The notes under the pieces were generated by a model. That model was not told the DNA's origin. It saw only the letters and a program-made list of their open reading frames with translations, and did not search any database. A stretch of DNA of 64,000 bases from Patescibacteria group bacterium (lineage in GTDB: Bacteria; Patescibacteriota; Patescibacteriia; JAXHNJ01). The stretch covers positions 436,638 to 500,637 of the forward strand of contig JBAZMP010000001.1 in the NCBI GenBank assembly GCA_041649715.1. Reading direction: 5' to 3'. The translations under genes and the position numbers were made by a program. Shown piece by piece: positions 10,191 to 19,004 of this stretch (the first letter of the stretch is position 1; the number at the start of each line of letters is the position of its first letter).

Positions 10191-10215
10191 TCACGGCATG
10201 TAAGGATATATCGCA

Positions 10216-10243
10216 AGCCCTGTCGCAAGACGGGGCTTTTTTC
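10216..10243 (+). terminator. Rho-independent terminator.
   Basis: Stem AGCCCTGTC/GACGGGGCT followed by TTTTTT. Confidence 0.6.
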
Positions 10244-10282
10244 TTGAAAATAACCGCATTTTTTGTTATAATAAATTCAATT

Positions 10283-11674
10283 ATGCTAGATATTAATAAT
10301 CTGAAAAATAAAAAAGTTTTGGTCATGGGCCTTGGTTTGCACGGCGGCGGAGTTTCCGTAGTCAAGTGGCTAGTAAAACAAGGCGCTCAAGTTACGGCCA
10401 CGGATTTAAAAATAAAGAAAGATCTATTACCGTCTTTAGCCAAACTTAAGGCTTTTAAGGTTAAATATGTTCTAGGCAGGCATAACCTGGAAGATTTTCG
10501 AAAAGCAGACCTAATTGTTCAAAATCCAGGCGTGCCGGCGAATTCCCAGTATTTAATCGCCGCGAAAAAGGCAGGTGTGCCAATTGAGAACGAGGCAACT
10601 CTTTTTTTCCGTCGTTGCCCGGCCCCTATCTTGGCGGTTACCGGCACCAAGGGCAAAAGTTCCCTGGTTTCTTTGCTTTTTCATGTTTTGAAAAGTAAGT
10701 TTAAAGATACGGTCATGGCCGGCAACATCCGCGATGTTTTGATGCTCGATGTTTTGCCAAAAATCAAAAAAAACACTAAAGTCATTTTGGAACTTTCTTC
10801 TTTTCAGCTTGAAGGTTTGGCCGGTTTAAAAAGAAGTCCGCATATCGCTTTTTTTACTAATATCATGCGTGATCATCTGAACCGTTATGGCACCATGCCC
10901 GTTTATATCAACGCAAAGTTAAATATGATCAAATTTCAAAATTCGAATGACTTTGCCGTTTTGAACGCCGATAATGCCTATACCCGCCGTTTTGCTAAAG
11001 AAACAAAAGCCAAGGTCTTCTGGTTTTCCCTCAATAAAAAAGTAAGCCCCGGCGCTTACCGGGAAAAAAACTGGCTGATTTTTACCGACGGTCACAAAAA
11101 AGAAAAAGTTTTACCTCTCGATAAATTGGACGTTTTGGCTGATTATCAGCGGGAACAGTTTTTAGCCGGCCTGATTGCCGGCAAGTTATTTGGCCTAAGT
11201 AACGGGATAATTTTTGAGGGTTTAAAAAGCTATAAAGGCTTGCACGACCGGCTGGAATTCATCAAAGAGATAAATGGTATAAAATATTATAATGATACGG
11301 CGGCCACCATGCCGGAGGCGGCCATCTCCGCCCTAAAGGCGTTGGGGAATTCAAAAAGGAAGAACATCGTCCTGCTGGCCGGTGGCGCCAATAAAAATTT
11401 GGTGTTCCAGGGTTTTTGTCGGCATATCGTAAGATATTGTAAAGCGGTAATTTTATTTAAAGGTCAAGCCAGTCTAATAATCGCTAAGCAGCTGGGAAAA
11501 AAAATAAAGCATGAAGTTGTTAAGAGCATGGAAGAGGCGGTCGGCCGGGCGGTAAAATTGTCACAAAAGGGTGATATAGTTTTGCTTTCGCCCGGCGCGG
11601 CCAGTTTTGGCCTCTTTAAACATGAGTTTGACCGTGGCGAACAATTTAAAAAATGCGTTAAACAACAAAAATAA
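10283..11674 (+). CDS. murD: UDP-N-acetylmuramoylalanine--D-glutamate ligase MurD. The ORF track starts at 10244; MLDINNL at 10283 is the more plausible start.
   Basis: VMGLGLHGGG Rossmann N-terminus, GTKGKSS P-loop, Mur ligase middle and C domains. Gene order mraY-murD-ftsW-murG-murC. Confidence 0.9.
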   Translation: MLDINNLKNKKVLVMGLGLHGGGVSVVKWLVKQGAQVTATDLKIKKDLLPSLAKLKAFKVKYVLGRHNLEDFRKADLIVQNPGVPANSQYLIAAKKAGVPIENEATLFFRRCPAPILAVTGTKGKSSLVSLLFHVLKSKFKDTVMAGNIRDVLMLDVLPKIKKNTKVILELSSFQLEGLAGLKRSPHIAFFTNIMRDHLNRYGTMPVYINAKLNMIKFQNSNDFAVLNADNAYTRRFAKETKAKVFWFSLNKKVSPGAYREKNWLIFTDGHKKEKVLPLDKLDVLADYQREQFLAGLIAGKLFGLSNGIIFEGLKSYKGLHDRLEFIKEINGIKYYNDTAATMPEAAISALKALGNSKRKNIVLLAGGANKNLVFQGFCRHIVRYCKAVILFKGQASLIIAKQLGKKIKHEVVKSMEEAVGRAVKLSQKGDIVLLSPGAASFGLFKHEFDRGEQFKKCVKQQK

Positions 11675-12792
11675 TGCGACATAGCGGACATCAACCCGAT
11701 TATTTTCTGATCACTATTATCGCCCTGATCATTATTTTTGGTCTGGTCATGCTTTCTTCGGCCAGCTCCGTCGTTGCTTTTCAGAAGTTCGGAGATGCCA
11801 ATTATTATTTAAAAAAACAGCTGATCAGTTTTGTTTTGGGCATATTTGCTTTCTTTTTCATGTCTAAGATCGATTACCGCTATTGGAAAAGATTTGCCTT
11901 TCCCATGATGATTATCACTATTATCTTGTTGATTTCTGTTTTTATCCCGGGGATAGGCACGGGTTTGCTGGGGGCTAAGCGCTGGGTTACTTTGGGCCCC
12001 ATTTTTTTTCAGCCGTCGGAAATTGTGAAAGTGACCTTTCTGATTTATCTGGCGACCTGGCTGGAGAAAAGGGGGGAAGGGATCAAGGATATTTCCGCCG
12101 GTTTTTTGCCCTTTGTCATTATTTTGGTGATCATTGCCATCCTCGTGATGTCCCAGCCGGATTTAGGCACCATGATCGTGATTGCCATTATCGCCATGAG
12201 CTCTTATTTGGTGGCGGGTGCCCCCGTCGCCCATATATTTTGGCTGGGACTAGGGGCGGCCGGTTCTATTTTTGCCTTGATCAAGATTGCCCCTTACCGG
12301 ATGGAACGATTTACCGTATTTTTAAATCCTGAACTGGACCCCCAGGGGATAGGGTATCATATTAATCAGGCTTTATTGGCGATCGGGTCCGGCGGACTGC
12401 TTGGCTTGGGTCTCGGGCACTCGCGGCAAAAATTCAATTACTTGCCGCAGGCCTCTTCCGATTCGATTTTTGCTATTATTGCCGAAGAGCTGGGTTTTAT
12501 TTTTGTCGTTCTCCTGATCTTTTTATTTTTATTATTTATGTTCCGGGGTTTTAAAATCGCCCGGGCGGCCCCGGATAAATATGGCAAGATCATGGCAGCC
12601 GGCATCACCGCCTGGTTTACTTTTCAGGCCCTGATTAATATAGGTTCGATGACCAGTGTTTTACCGTTAACCGGCATTCCTTTGCCATTTATCAGCGCCG
12701 GCGGAACCGCCCTCGTAGTTTCGATGGCGGCCATCGGGATATTAATGAACATATCCCGTCAGACCAAAGAAGAAAGAAGTTTTTGGCGATAA
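11674..12792 (+). CDS. ftsW: SEDS-family peptidoglycan glycosyltransferase FtsW/RodA.
   Basis: 372 aa with about 10 TM helices, SEDS motifs, and a position between murD and murG. Confidence 0.85.
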   Translation: MRHSGHQPDYFLITIIALIIIFGLVMLSSASSVVAFQKFGDANYYLKKQLISFVLGIFAFFFMSKIDYRYWKRFAFPMMIITIILLISVFIPGIGTGLLGAKRWVTLGPIFFQPSEIVKVTFLIYLATWLEKRGEGIKDISAGFLPFVIILVIIAILVMSQPDLGTMIVIAIIAMSSYLVAGAPVAHIFWLGLGAAGSIFALIKIAPYRMERFTVFLNPELDPQGIGYHINQALLAIGSGGLLGLGLGHSRQKFNYLPQASSDSIFAIIAEELGFIFVVLLIFLFLLFMFRGFKIARAAPDKYGKIMAAGITAWFTFQALINIGSMTSVLPLTGIPLPFISAGGTALVVSMAAIGILMNISRQTKEERSFWR

Positions 12793-12804
12793 CGGCTTAA
12801 TAAT

Positions 12805-13881
12805 ATGAATGACAAAAATATAAAAATAGCATTGACGGGTGGCGGTACGGCTGGTTCGGTCATGCCGTTAATCGCCATTTGCGAGGGTTTTAAAAAGAAA
12901 AATATTCCGGCTGAAATTTTATTCATCGGAACAGAAAATGGAATAGAACAAAAATTAGTTCAGCCGTATAATTTGAATTTTAAAAGTATCCCCTGCGGTA
13001 AGTTGAGGCGATATTTATCTTTTAGGAATATAACAGATATTTTCCAACTGGCAAAAGGCTTCTTTGCCGCCAGAAAAATTTTAAAAGAATATGGACCGCA
13101 GGTCGTTGTGTCCGCCGGCGGATTTGTCGCCGTACCGGTGATCTGGGCGGCCCGCTCTTTAAAAATTCCTTGTCTTGTCCATCAGCAAGATATTATTAAG
13201 GGACTGGCGAATAAATTGACCGAAAAATTTGCCGCCAGGATAACGGTTACTTTTGAAAAATCTTTGCTGGATTTCCCCCGGAAGAAAGTGATATTAACCG
13301 GTAATCCTGTCCGGCCGGAAATCTTTGAAGGCGACAAAGACAAGGCTATTGAATTTTTTCGTTTAAAAAGAGATTTACCGACACTCTTGGTCTTGGGCGG
13401 GGGAACCGGCGCCCTAAAGATCAATCAAGCAATTGATAAAATATTAAAGGATCTAGCTAAGTTTTGTCAGATAATACATTTAACTGGCGAAGGTAAAAAA
13501 ACCAGTGATTTTGAGAATGAAAACTATCATTCTTATCAATTGCTGACGGCTGACATGAAGAACGCCTTGGCCGCGGCCGACCTGGTTATTTCCCGGGCGG
13601 GCATGAATGCTTTAACGGAGTTTTCCGCCCTGGGCTTGCCTTCTATTATCATCCCCATGTTCAAGACTCATCAGGAAAAAAACGCCGGCTATTATGAAAA
13701 GCAGGGGGCGGTCTTGGTCATCCGTGAAAATATTCTGCATCACGAACTATTATTGTCAACTGTCCGGGGTCTATTATCAAACCCGAGCCGATTAAAAGAG
13801 CTGAGTGAAGATATCCATAAAATGTATCGGCCGGAGGCTTTGGATAAAATTATTGAGATAATATTAGATTTAAAAAAATAA
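12805..13881 (+). CDS. murG: UDP-GlcNAc:undecaprenyl-PP-MurNAc-pentapeptide GlcNAc transferase MurG.
   Basis: N-terminal GGGTAGSVMP glycine-rich motif, GT28 architecture, dcw context. Confidence 0.9.
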   Translation: MNDKNIKIALTGGGTAGSVMPLIAICEGFKKKNIPAEILFIGTENGIEQKLVQPYNLNFKSIPCGKLRRYLSFRNITDIFQLAKGFFAARKILKEYGPQVVVSAGGFVAVPVIWAARSLKIPCLVHQQDIIKGLANKLTEKFAARITVTFEKSLLDFPRKKVILTGNPVRPEIFEGDKDKAIEFFRLKRDLPTLLVLGGGTGALKINQAIDKILKDLAKFCQIIHLTGEGKKTSDFENENYHSYQLLTADMKNALAAADLVISRAGMNALTEFSALGLPSIIIPMFKTHQEKNAGYYEKQGAVLVIRENILHHELLLSTVRGLLSNPSRLKELSEDIHKMYRPEALDKIIEIILDLKK

Positions 13882-13882
13882 T

Positions 13883-15274
13883 ATGGATATTGGACAGGCA
13901 AAAAAAATCCACTTCGTCGGCATTTCCGGGATTGGCATTTCCGGACTGGCTAAAATATGCTTGGAAATGGGCAAACAAGTGACTGGTTCGGATTTAACCG
14001 AGTCCATCGTCTCAAAGGGCTTAATGAAGTCTGGCGCAAGAATAATCATCGGAAAACAGGAGGAAAAAAATGTGCCCGAGGATACCGATTTATTAATCTA
14101 CTCCAATGCCGTACCGGAAACCAATCCGGAAAGAAAAAAAGCGGCCGAAAACAGAATCGCCCAATTAAATTACCCGCAGGCTTTAGGCGGTCTGACGCGC
14201 GACAAGAAACTGATTTGTGTCTCCGGCACGCACGGCAAAACAACCACGACGGCCATGATTGTTTCTGTTTTGCGGGCGGCGGGCAAAGATCCTTCATTCA
14301 TTGTCGGCTCTTATTTGCCTGAAATAGGGGGCAACGCCAAGCTTGGCCAGAGCGAATTGTTCGTGATCGAGGCCGACGAGTACGCCAGAGCGATGCTGAA
14401 TTATTATCCCGATTATTTGATTTTTACCAACATTGAGGCCGATCACCTGGACACCTATAAAGATATTGACGATATTAAGGAAACGTTTAAGAAATATGTC
14501 GCTCATCTCAGCGTTTCCGGGACCCTGATCGCTAATATTGAAGATAAGAATGTGAAGGAGATCGCGGCTGTTTGCCCGGCCAAAATAGTTTATTATGGCT
14601 TGAAACACGGACAAATAAAACCGACCCTTCTCCTTTCGGCCAAAAAAGGTTTTTCTTTCAGTTTCGCTAATATACAGATAAGCTTGTCGGTTCCGGGCTT
14701 GCATAATGTTTATAATGCCTTAGCCGTGTTGGGGGTGGCCAGGGAGCTGGGAATTGAAGAAAAAGCGATCAAAAAGGGACTGGAGGATTTTAAAGGCACT
14801 TGGCGCCGCTTCGAACACCTCGGTGATTATAACGGCCTGCCTGTCATTTCCGATTACGCTCATCATCCGACCGAGATTAGGGCCTTGCTTTCGGCGGCTA
14901 AACAGGCCTACCCGAAAAAAAGAATCGTCGTCGTTTTTCAGCCCCACCAGCATAACCGGACCAAGAATTTATTCAAAGATTTTGTCAGGGCTTTTGATGC
15001 CGCTCATCTGGTTATTCTTAATGAAATCTTCGAGGTGGCGGGCCGAGAAAACGAAAGAGATCAAGATGTAACCTCACAAGATTTAGTGAGGGAGTTAAAA
15101 AAAAGAAACCGGTGGCGTCTGTTATTCCAGAATTATAAAAAAGAGATTTATTATGCCGGGGATTTGAAAGAAAGCGAGGAGATGGTCAGGAAAATGGCGA
15201 AAAAAAATGATGTCCTGCTGATTGCCGGCGCCGGGGAGATTTATAAGGTGAGTGAGAATTTGATTAACCGCTAG
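13883..15274 (+). CDS. murC: UDP-N-acetylmuramate--L-alanine ligase MurC.
   Basis: IHFVGISGIGISGLA N-terminus, GTHGKTTTTAMI P-loop, Mur ligase domains. Confidence 0.9.
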   Translation: MDIGQAKKIHFVGISGIGISGLAKICLEMGKQVTGSDLTESIVSKGLMKSGARIIIGKQEEKNVPEDTDLLIYSNAVPETNPERKKAAENRIAQLNYPQALGGLTRDKKLICVSGTHGKTTTTAMIVSVLRAAGKDPSFIVGSYLPEIGGNAKLGQSELFVIEADEYARAMLNYYPDYLIFTNIEADHLDTYKDIDDIKETFKKYVAHLSVSGTLIANIEDKNVKEIAAVCPAKIVYYGLKHGQIKPTLLLSAKKGFSFSFANIQISLSVPGLHNVYNALAVLGVARELGIEEKAIKKGLEDFKGTWRRFEHLGDYNGLPVISDYAHHPTEIRALLSAAKQAYPKKRIVVVFQPHQHNRTKNLFKDFVRAFDAAHLVILNEIFEVAGRENERDQDVTSQDLVRELKKRNRWRLLFQNYKKEIYYAGDLKESEEMVRKMAKKNDVLLIAGAGEIYKVSENLINR

Positions 15275-15474
15275 CCGTCATTCCGAACTTGTTTCGGAAT
15301 CTCTACATATGAATGTGTTTTAGGTTGTAGGCGGTAGGGTATAGCCGCCTGTATGGTCATAGGGCATGATCATAAATAGACTTATCACTAAAACTACACC
15401 AGCTGCCATGCCTTATTACTTATAACCAAACCAATAATGAAAATGAGATCCTGAAGCGAGTTCAGGTTGACGCT

Positions 15475-16209
15475 ATGAATAAAACAGCTAAAACATACAT
15501 CGGGACATCCGGCTGGGTCTACCGTCACTGGTTCGAGGTTTTTTATCCGGAAGATACCAGGTCTGATGAGTTGTTGCAGTATTATGCCCAGTATTTCAAT
15601 AGCGTGGAACTAAACGCCTCTTTTTATCGTTTGCCTAAAGCGGAAGTTTTTGCCGGCTGGCATAAAAAAACGCCTAAAGATTTTTTATTCAGCGTGAAGG
15701 CCAGCCGATATATCACTCACCTAAAGAAATTGCGGGATTTTGAAGAGGGCTGGCGGCGTTTCATTGATTCAGCCAGGGAATTAAAGGAAAAACTTGGACC
15801 GATACTATTCCAGCTGCCCCCGTTTTTAAAAGCCGACAACGAAGTTCTAAAGAAGGCGCTGGAAGTTTTGCCGAAAAAATATAAATATGCCTTTGAATTC
15901 CGCCATGAAAGCTGGTTTAGCCCCAAAATATATGATATTCTAAAAAAGCACAATGTCGCGCTAGTGGTGGCAGATTCACCGGAGTTTCCTTCAAAAAAAG
16001 AAATCACGGCCGATTTCGCCTATTTACGCTTTCATGGCTTAAAAAGTCTTTATGGCTCAAAATATTCGGACGAAGAATTAAACGCATGGGCCAAGGATAT
16101 ACAGACCTGGTCAAAGAAGGGGATTGATGTCTATGCCTATTTCAACAATGACGCGGAGGGGTACGCGGTGGAGAATGCCAAAGAATTGAATAACCTGCTT
16201 AAATCATGA
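15475..16209 (+). CDS. DUF72 (YecE-like) family protein.
   Basis: YIGTSGWVYRHW...FYRLP...FEFRHESW motif pattern typical of DUF72. Confidence 0.75.
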   Translation: MNKTAKTYIGTSGWVYRHWFEVFYPEDTRSDELLQYYAQYFNSVELNASFYRLPKAEVFAGWHKKTPKDFLFSVKASRYITHLKKLRDFEEGWRRFIDSARELKEKLGPILFQLPPFLKADNEVLKKALEVLPKKYKYAFEFRHESWFSPKIYDILKKHNVALVVADSPEFPSKKEITADFAYLRFHGLKSLYGSKYSDEELNAWAKDIQTWSKKGIDVYAYFNNDAEGYAVENAKELNNLLKS

Positions 16210-17072
16210 ACAAATTAATGAATGTCAAAAATAATATAATTTTGGCCTCCTACACCACCTTTAAGATCGGCGGGCCGGCCAAGTATTTCGCCGTGGTTAA
16301 AAAAGAGGAGGAAATGATGGCGGGCTTGAAGTGGGCGAAAGAAAATAAACAGCCTTATTTTATTCTTGGCCATGGAGCTAATATATTAGTCAGCGATAAA
16401 GGATTTGACGGATTGGTGATCAAAAATGAGATGAAAGACACGGAAACTAACGCGGCTGTTTTTGTCGAGTCCGGCGTTGTTCTGGCGGATTTGATCGGCC
16501 AATGCGCCGGCAAGGGCATAAGCGGTCTGGAATTTTTGGCCGGCGTGCCATCCACCTTGGGCGGCGCGATTTACGGCAATGCCGGCAGCGCTCAAAAAGC
16601 GATAGGAGATTTTGTGGTTAGCGTTAGGGCTCTGGACAGGGACTTAAGGGTTAGGGTGTTCAATAAAGCTGATTGCGGTTTTGCCTACCGCCAAAGCATA
16701 TTTAAGAATAATGAATATGTTATTTTGTCGGCGACCCTTAAATTGGAAAAAGGCGATGCATATAATATCATAGAAGGCATAAAAAACTTGATGCTCAAGA
16801 AAAAAGAAACTCAAGATTTGGAGCATCCGTCCGCCGGCTGCGTGTTTAAAAACGCCGATGGGTATATCGCCGGCCGGCTGATAGACGAGTTGGGCTTAAA
16901 AGGGAAAAAGATCGGCCAGGCGCAGATTTCAGAAAAACACGCCAATTACATTATCAATTTAGGCGGCGCGACCGCCGATCAAGTCGCGCAGCTGATAAGT
17001 TATATCAAACAGCAAGTAAGGGACAAAAAGAAAATCCAGTTACAAGAGGAAATAAATTACGTGGGGTTTTAG
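16206..17072 (+). CDS. murB: UDP-N-acetylenolpyruvoylglucosamine reductase MurB.
   Basis: FAD-binding N-terminal domain (TTFKIGGPAKYF), MurB C-terminal domain with a catalytic Ser/Glu region, near the other mur genes. Confidence 0.9.
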   Translation: MNKLMNVKNNIILASYTTFKIGGPAKYFAVVKKEEEMMAGLKWAKENKQPYFILGHGANILVSDKGFDGLVIKNEMKDTETNAAVFVESGVVLADLIGQCAGKGISGLEFLAGVPSTLGGAIYGNAGSAQKAIGDFVVSVRALDRDLRVRVFNKADCGFAYRQSIFKNNEYVILSATLKLEKGDAYNIIEGIKNLMLKKKETQDLEHPSAGCVFKNADGYIAGRLIDELGLKGKKIGQAQISEKHANYIINLGGATADQVAQLISYIKQQVRDKKKIQLQEEINYVGF

Positions 17073-17096
17073 TAATAACCATAAATTCAAAAATCA

Positions 17097-17567
17097 ATGA
17101 TCGACCTAAAACAATTGTGTAAATTTCTGGTAAAAGCGAAAAAATCGACCTATGCGGCTGGTTATCTGGCCAAAAAATCTATCGAGGATAACAAATCGAC
17201 CACCTTGGTTTTTGAAGATGGCGACTGGAAATATCATGATAATTATTTTGGCGGCGAGCCGTACGGCGGCCGGGAGGTAGTATTTTATAAAAATTTCCCG
17301 GTTTATATCATGGTCTATTACGGACGGGTTGAAGAGTCGGTCTCTGACTTTGAGACCGTATACAAAGTTTTGCGAAAAGCATTGGTGCTTATACCGGAAA
17401 ATAAACCCTTTCGCGGTCCCAAACAATATAAACAAGATGATTTGTTATATACTAATAATTTTCAAGGTGATGTTGTTAATTTTTCCGGCGAAGAAACGAT
17501 CAGCAAAAACGGCAAGATATTATACAGCGCAAAATATATGGGAGGATTGGTAGATAAAAGAAGATAA
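17097..17567 (+). CDS. Hypothetical protein, 156 aa.
   Basis: ORF with plausible coding composition. No motif recognised. Confidence 0.45.
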   Translation: MIDLKQLCKFLVKAKKSTYAAGYLAKKSIEDNKSTTLVFEDGDWKYHDNYFGGEPYGGREVVFYKNFPVYIMVYYGRVEESVSDFETVYKVLRKALVLIPENKPFRGPKQYKQDDLLYTNNFQGDVVNFSGEETISKNGKILYSAKYMGGLVDKRR

Positions 17568-17580
17568 AGTGTAAAACTAT

Positions 17581-18126
17581 ATGTTAAAAAAAATTAAAAT
17601 TCATGTAAAAAGTATGGCCGAAGAAGATGATTGGAAGTATCATATTCTTCCCGTTGTAAACTATTCTAAGAGATTGTCCGTGATATATAAAGCTGATAAA
17701 AAAGTTGTTGGGCTGGCAGCCCTGCTTCATGATATTGGTAGAATAAGATTTGGCGAAAAAAATCACGAGATTACGGGAGCCAAGGAAGCGGAAAAAATTC
17801 TGAAAAAATATGGATATTCTCGAAATACTATTGATAAAATTAAACATTGCATAGTCTCTCATAGAGGGAGCAGCAAAACCAAGCCAAAGACGATAGCGGC
17901 TAAAATTATTGCCAATGCCGATGCCATGGCCCACTTTGATTCTTTGCCCATCTTTTTTTATTGGCGACTAGGCGGTAGGAAGTTTGAAGAGGTATTTAAA
18001 TGGATAGATGAGAAGTACAAAAAAGATTGGAATAAAAAATTAACATTGCCGGGATCAAAAAAGATATTAAAAGAAAAATATAAAGCGATTCAAATAGTAC
18101 TAAATTCGAATAAAAAATATATTTGA
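17581..18126 (+). CDS. HD-domain phosphohydrolase.
   Basis: LLHDIGR...H...D metal-binding HD signature. Confidence 0.75.
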   Translation: MLKKIKIHVKSMAEEDDWKYHILPVVNYSKRLSVIYKADKKVVGLAALLHDIGRIRFGEKNHEITGAKEAEKILKKYGYSRNTIDKIKHCIVSHRGSSKTKPKTIAAKIIANADAMAHFDSLPIFFYWRLGGRKFEEVFKWIDEKYKKDWNKKLTLPGSKKILKEKYKAIQIVLNSNKKYI

Positions 18127-18162
18127 CTTTTTAATTTTAACATTGAAATATTTTCAGGCGTT

Positions 18163-18711
18163 ATGAACATAAAAATCACTTACTTTGTTCATGGCACGAC
18201 GACTGATAATGAGAAAGACATTTCTTCGGGCTGGTCTGATGTAGGACTTTCGGAATTAGGCATTGAGCAGTCGATCAAATTAAAAGATCAATTAAAGGAT
18301 AGCAATTTTGATGTGGTATTTTGTTCTGATCTGAAAAGAGCGGTTGAATCTGCGAAGCTAACCTTTGAAGGCGAGGTTAAGATAATTGAAGATAGCAGGT
18401 TGCGGGAATGCAATTACGGGAAATATAATGCCCAGCCTTCTGAAATTGTTGAGCCGTTGCAGGAACGACATATTACAAAAAAATTTCCGGAGGGCGAAAG
18501 CTACGAAGACGTTAAAAAGCGAATCAAGGATTTTCTTATTTTTCTGAAAAAAAATTATCATGGAAGGCGCGTGGGCATTGTTGCTCACAAAGCACCGCAA
18601 TTAGCCCTTGATGTATTGTTAAAAGGCAAAACCTGGCAGGAGGCTTTTACCCAAGATTGGCGGAAAAGAAAAGCCTGGCAGCCAGGCTGGGAATATGATA
18701 TTAGTAAATAA
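18163..18711 (+). CDS. Histidine phosphatase (phosphoglycerate-mutase-like) family protein.
   Basis: N-terminal FVHGTT (RHG-like catalytic His motif) and overall PGAM-like size and composition. Confidence 0.7.
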   Translation: MNIKITYFVHGTTTDNEKDISSGWSDVGLSELGIEQSIKLKDQLKDSNFDVVFCSDLKRAVESAKLTFEGEVKIIEDSRLRECNYGKYNAQPSEIVEPLQERHITKKFPEGESYEDVKKRIKDFLIFLKKNYHGRRVGIVAHKAPQLALDVLLKGKTWQEAFTQDWRKRKAWQPGWEYDISK

Positions 18712-18973
18712 TAATAGTAATAAGATGCAGTATATTTGCCTCTTGACATTTTTTATTAATTGATTTTATTCCTAAAATAAGCTAAAATTATTGAGTTCCT
18801 TTCACGACAAAAAAATAATAAAAGAAAGATAATTTTCACACGAAGTTTAGATTCACATATTTTTGGCTCTAATTATTGAAAAATAAAAATACAAATTTAT
18901 CTTATAAAATTTCGAAAGTATTTTGAAAAATAATACTCAACAAAAAACAATTTATTTTATTTAATAATATAGT

Positions 18974-18982
18974 TATCCACAG
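18974..18982 (+). promoter_or_regulatory. Perfect DnaA-box consensus TTATCCACA. It is part of a 14-mer, TATAGTTATCCACA, that recurs at 44176-44189.
   Basis: Exact 9-mer match to the E. coli-type DnaA box in the AT-rich intergenic region upstream of the SpeA-like gene. Confidence 0.4.
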
Positions 18983-19004
18983 GATATATAATACCAAGCA
19001 ATAT

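Noticed and set aside
13957-15071. Multiple ORFs of 77-136 aa on both strands inside murC (for example 13957-14322, 14046-14297, 14294-14704, 14754-15071).
   Set aside because: They are antisense or out-of-frame shadows within a well-supported MurC coding region.
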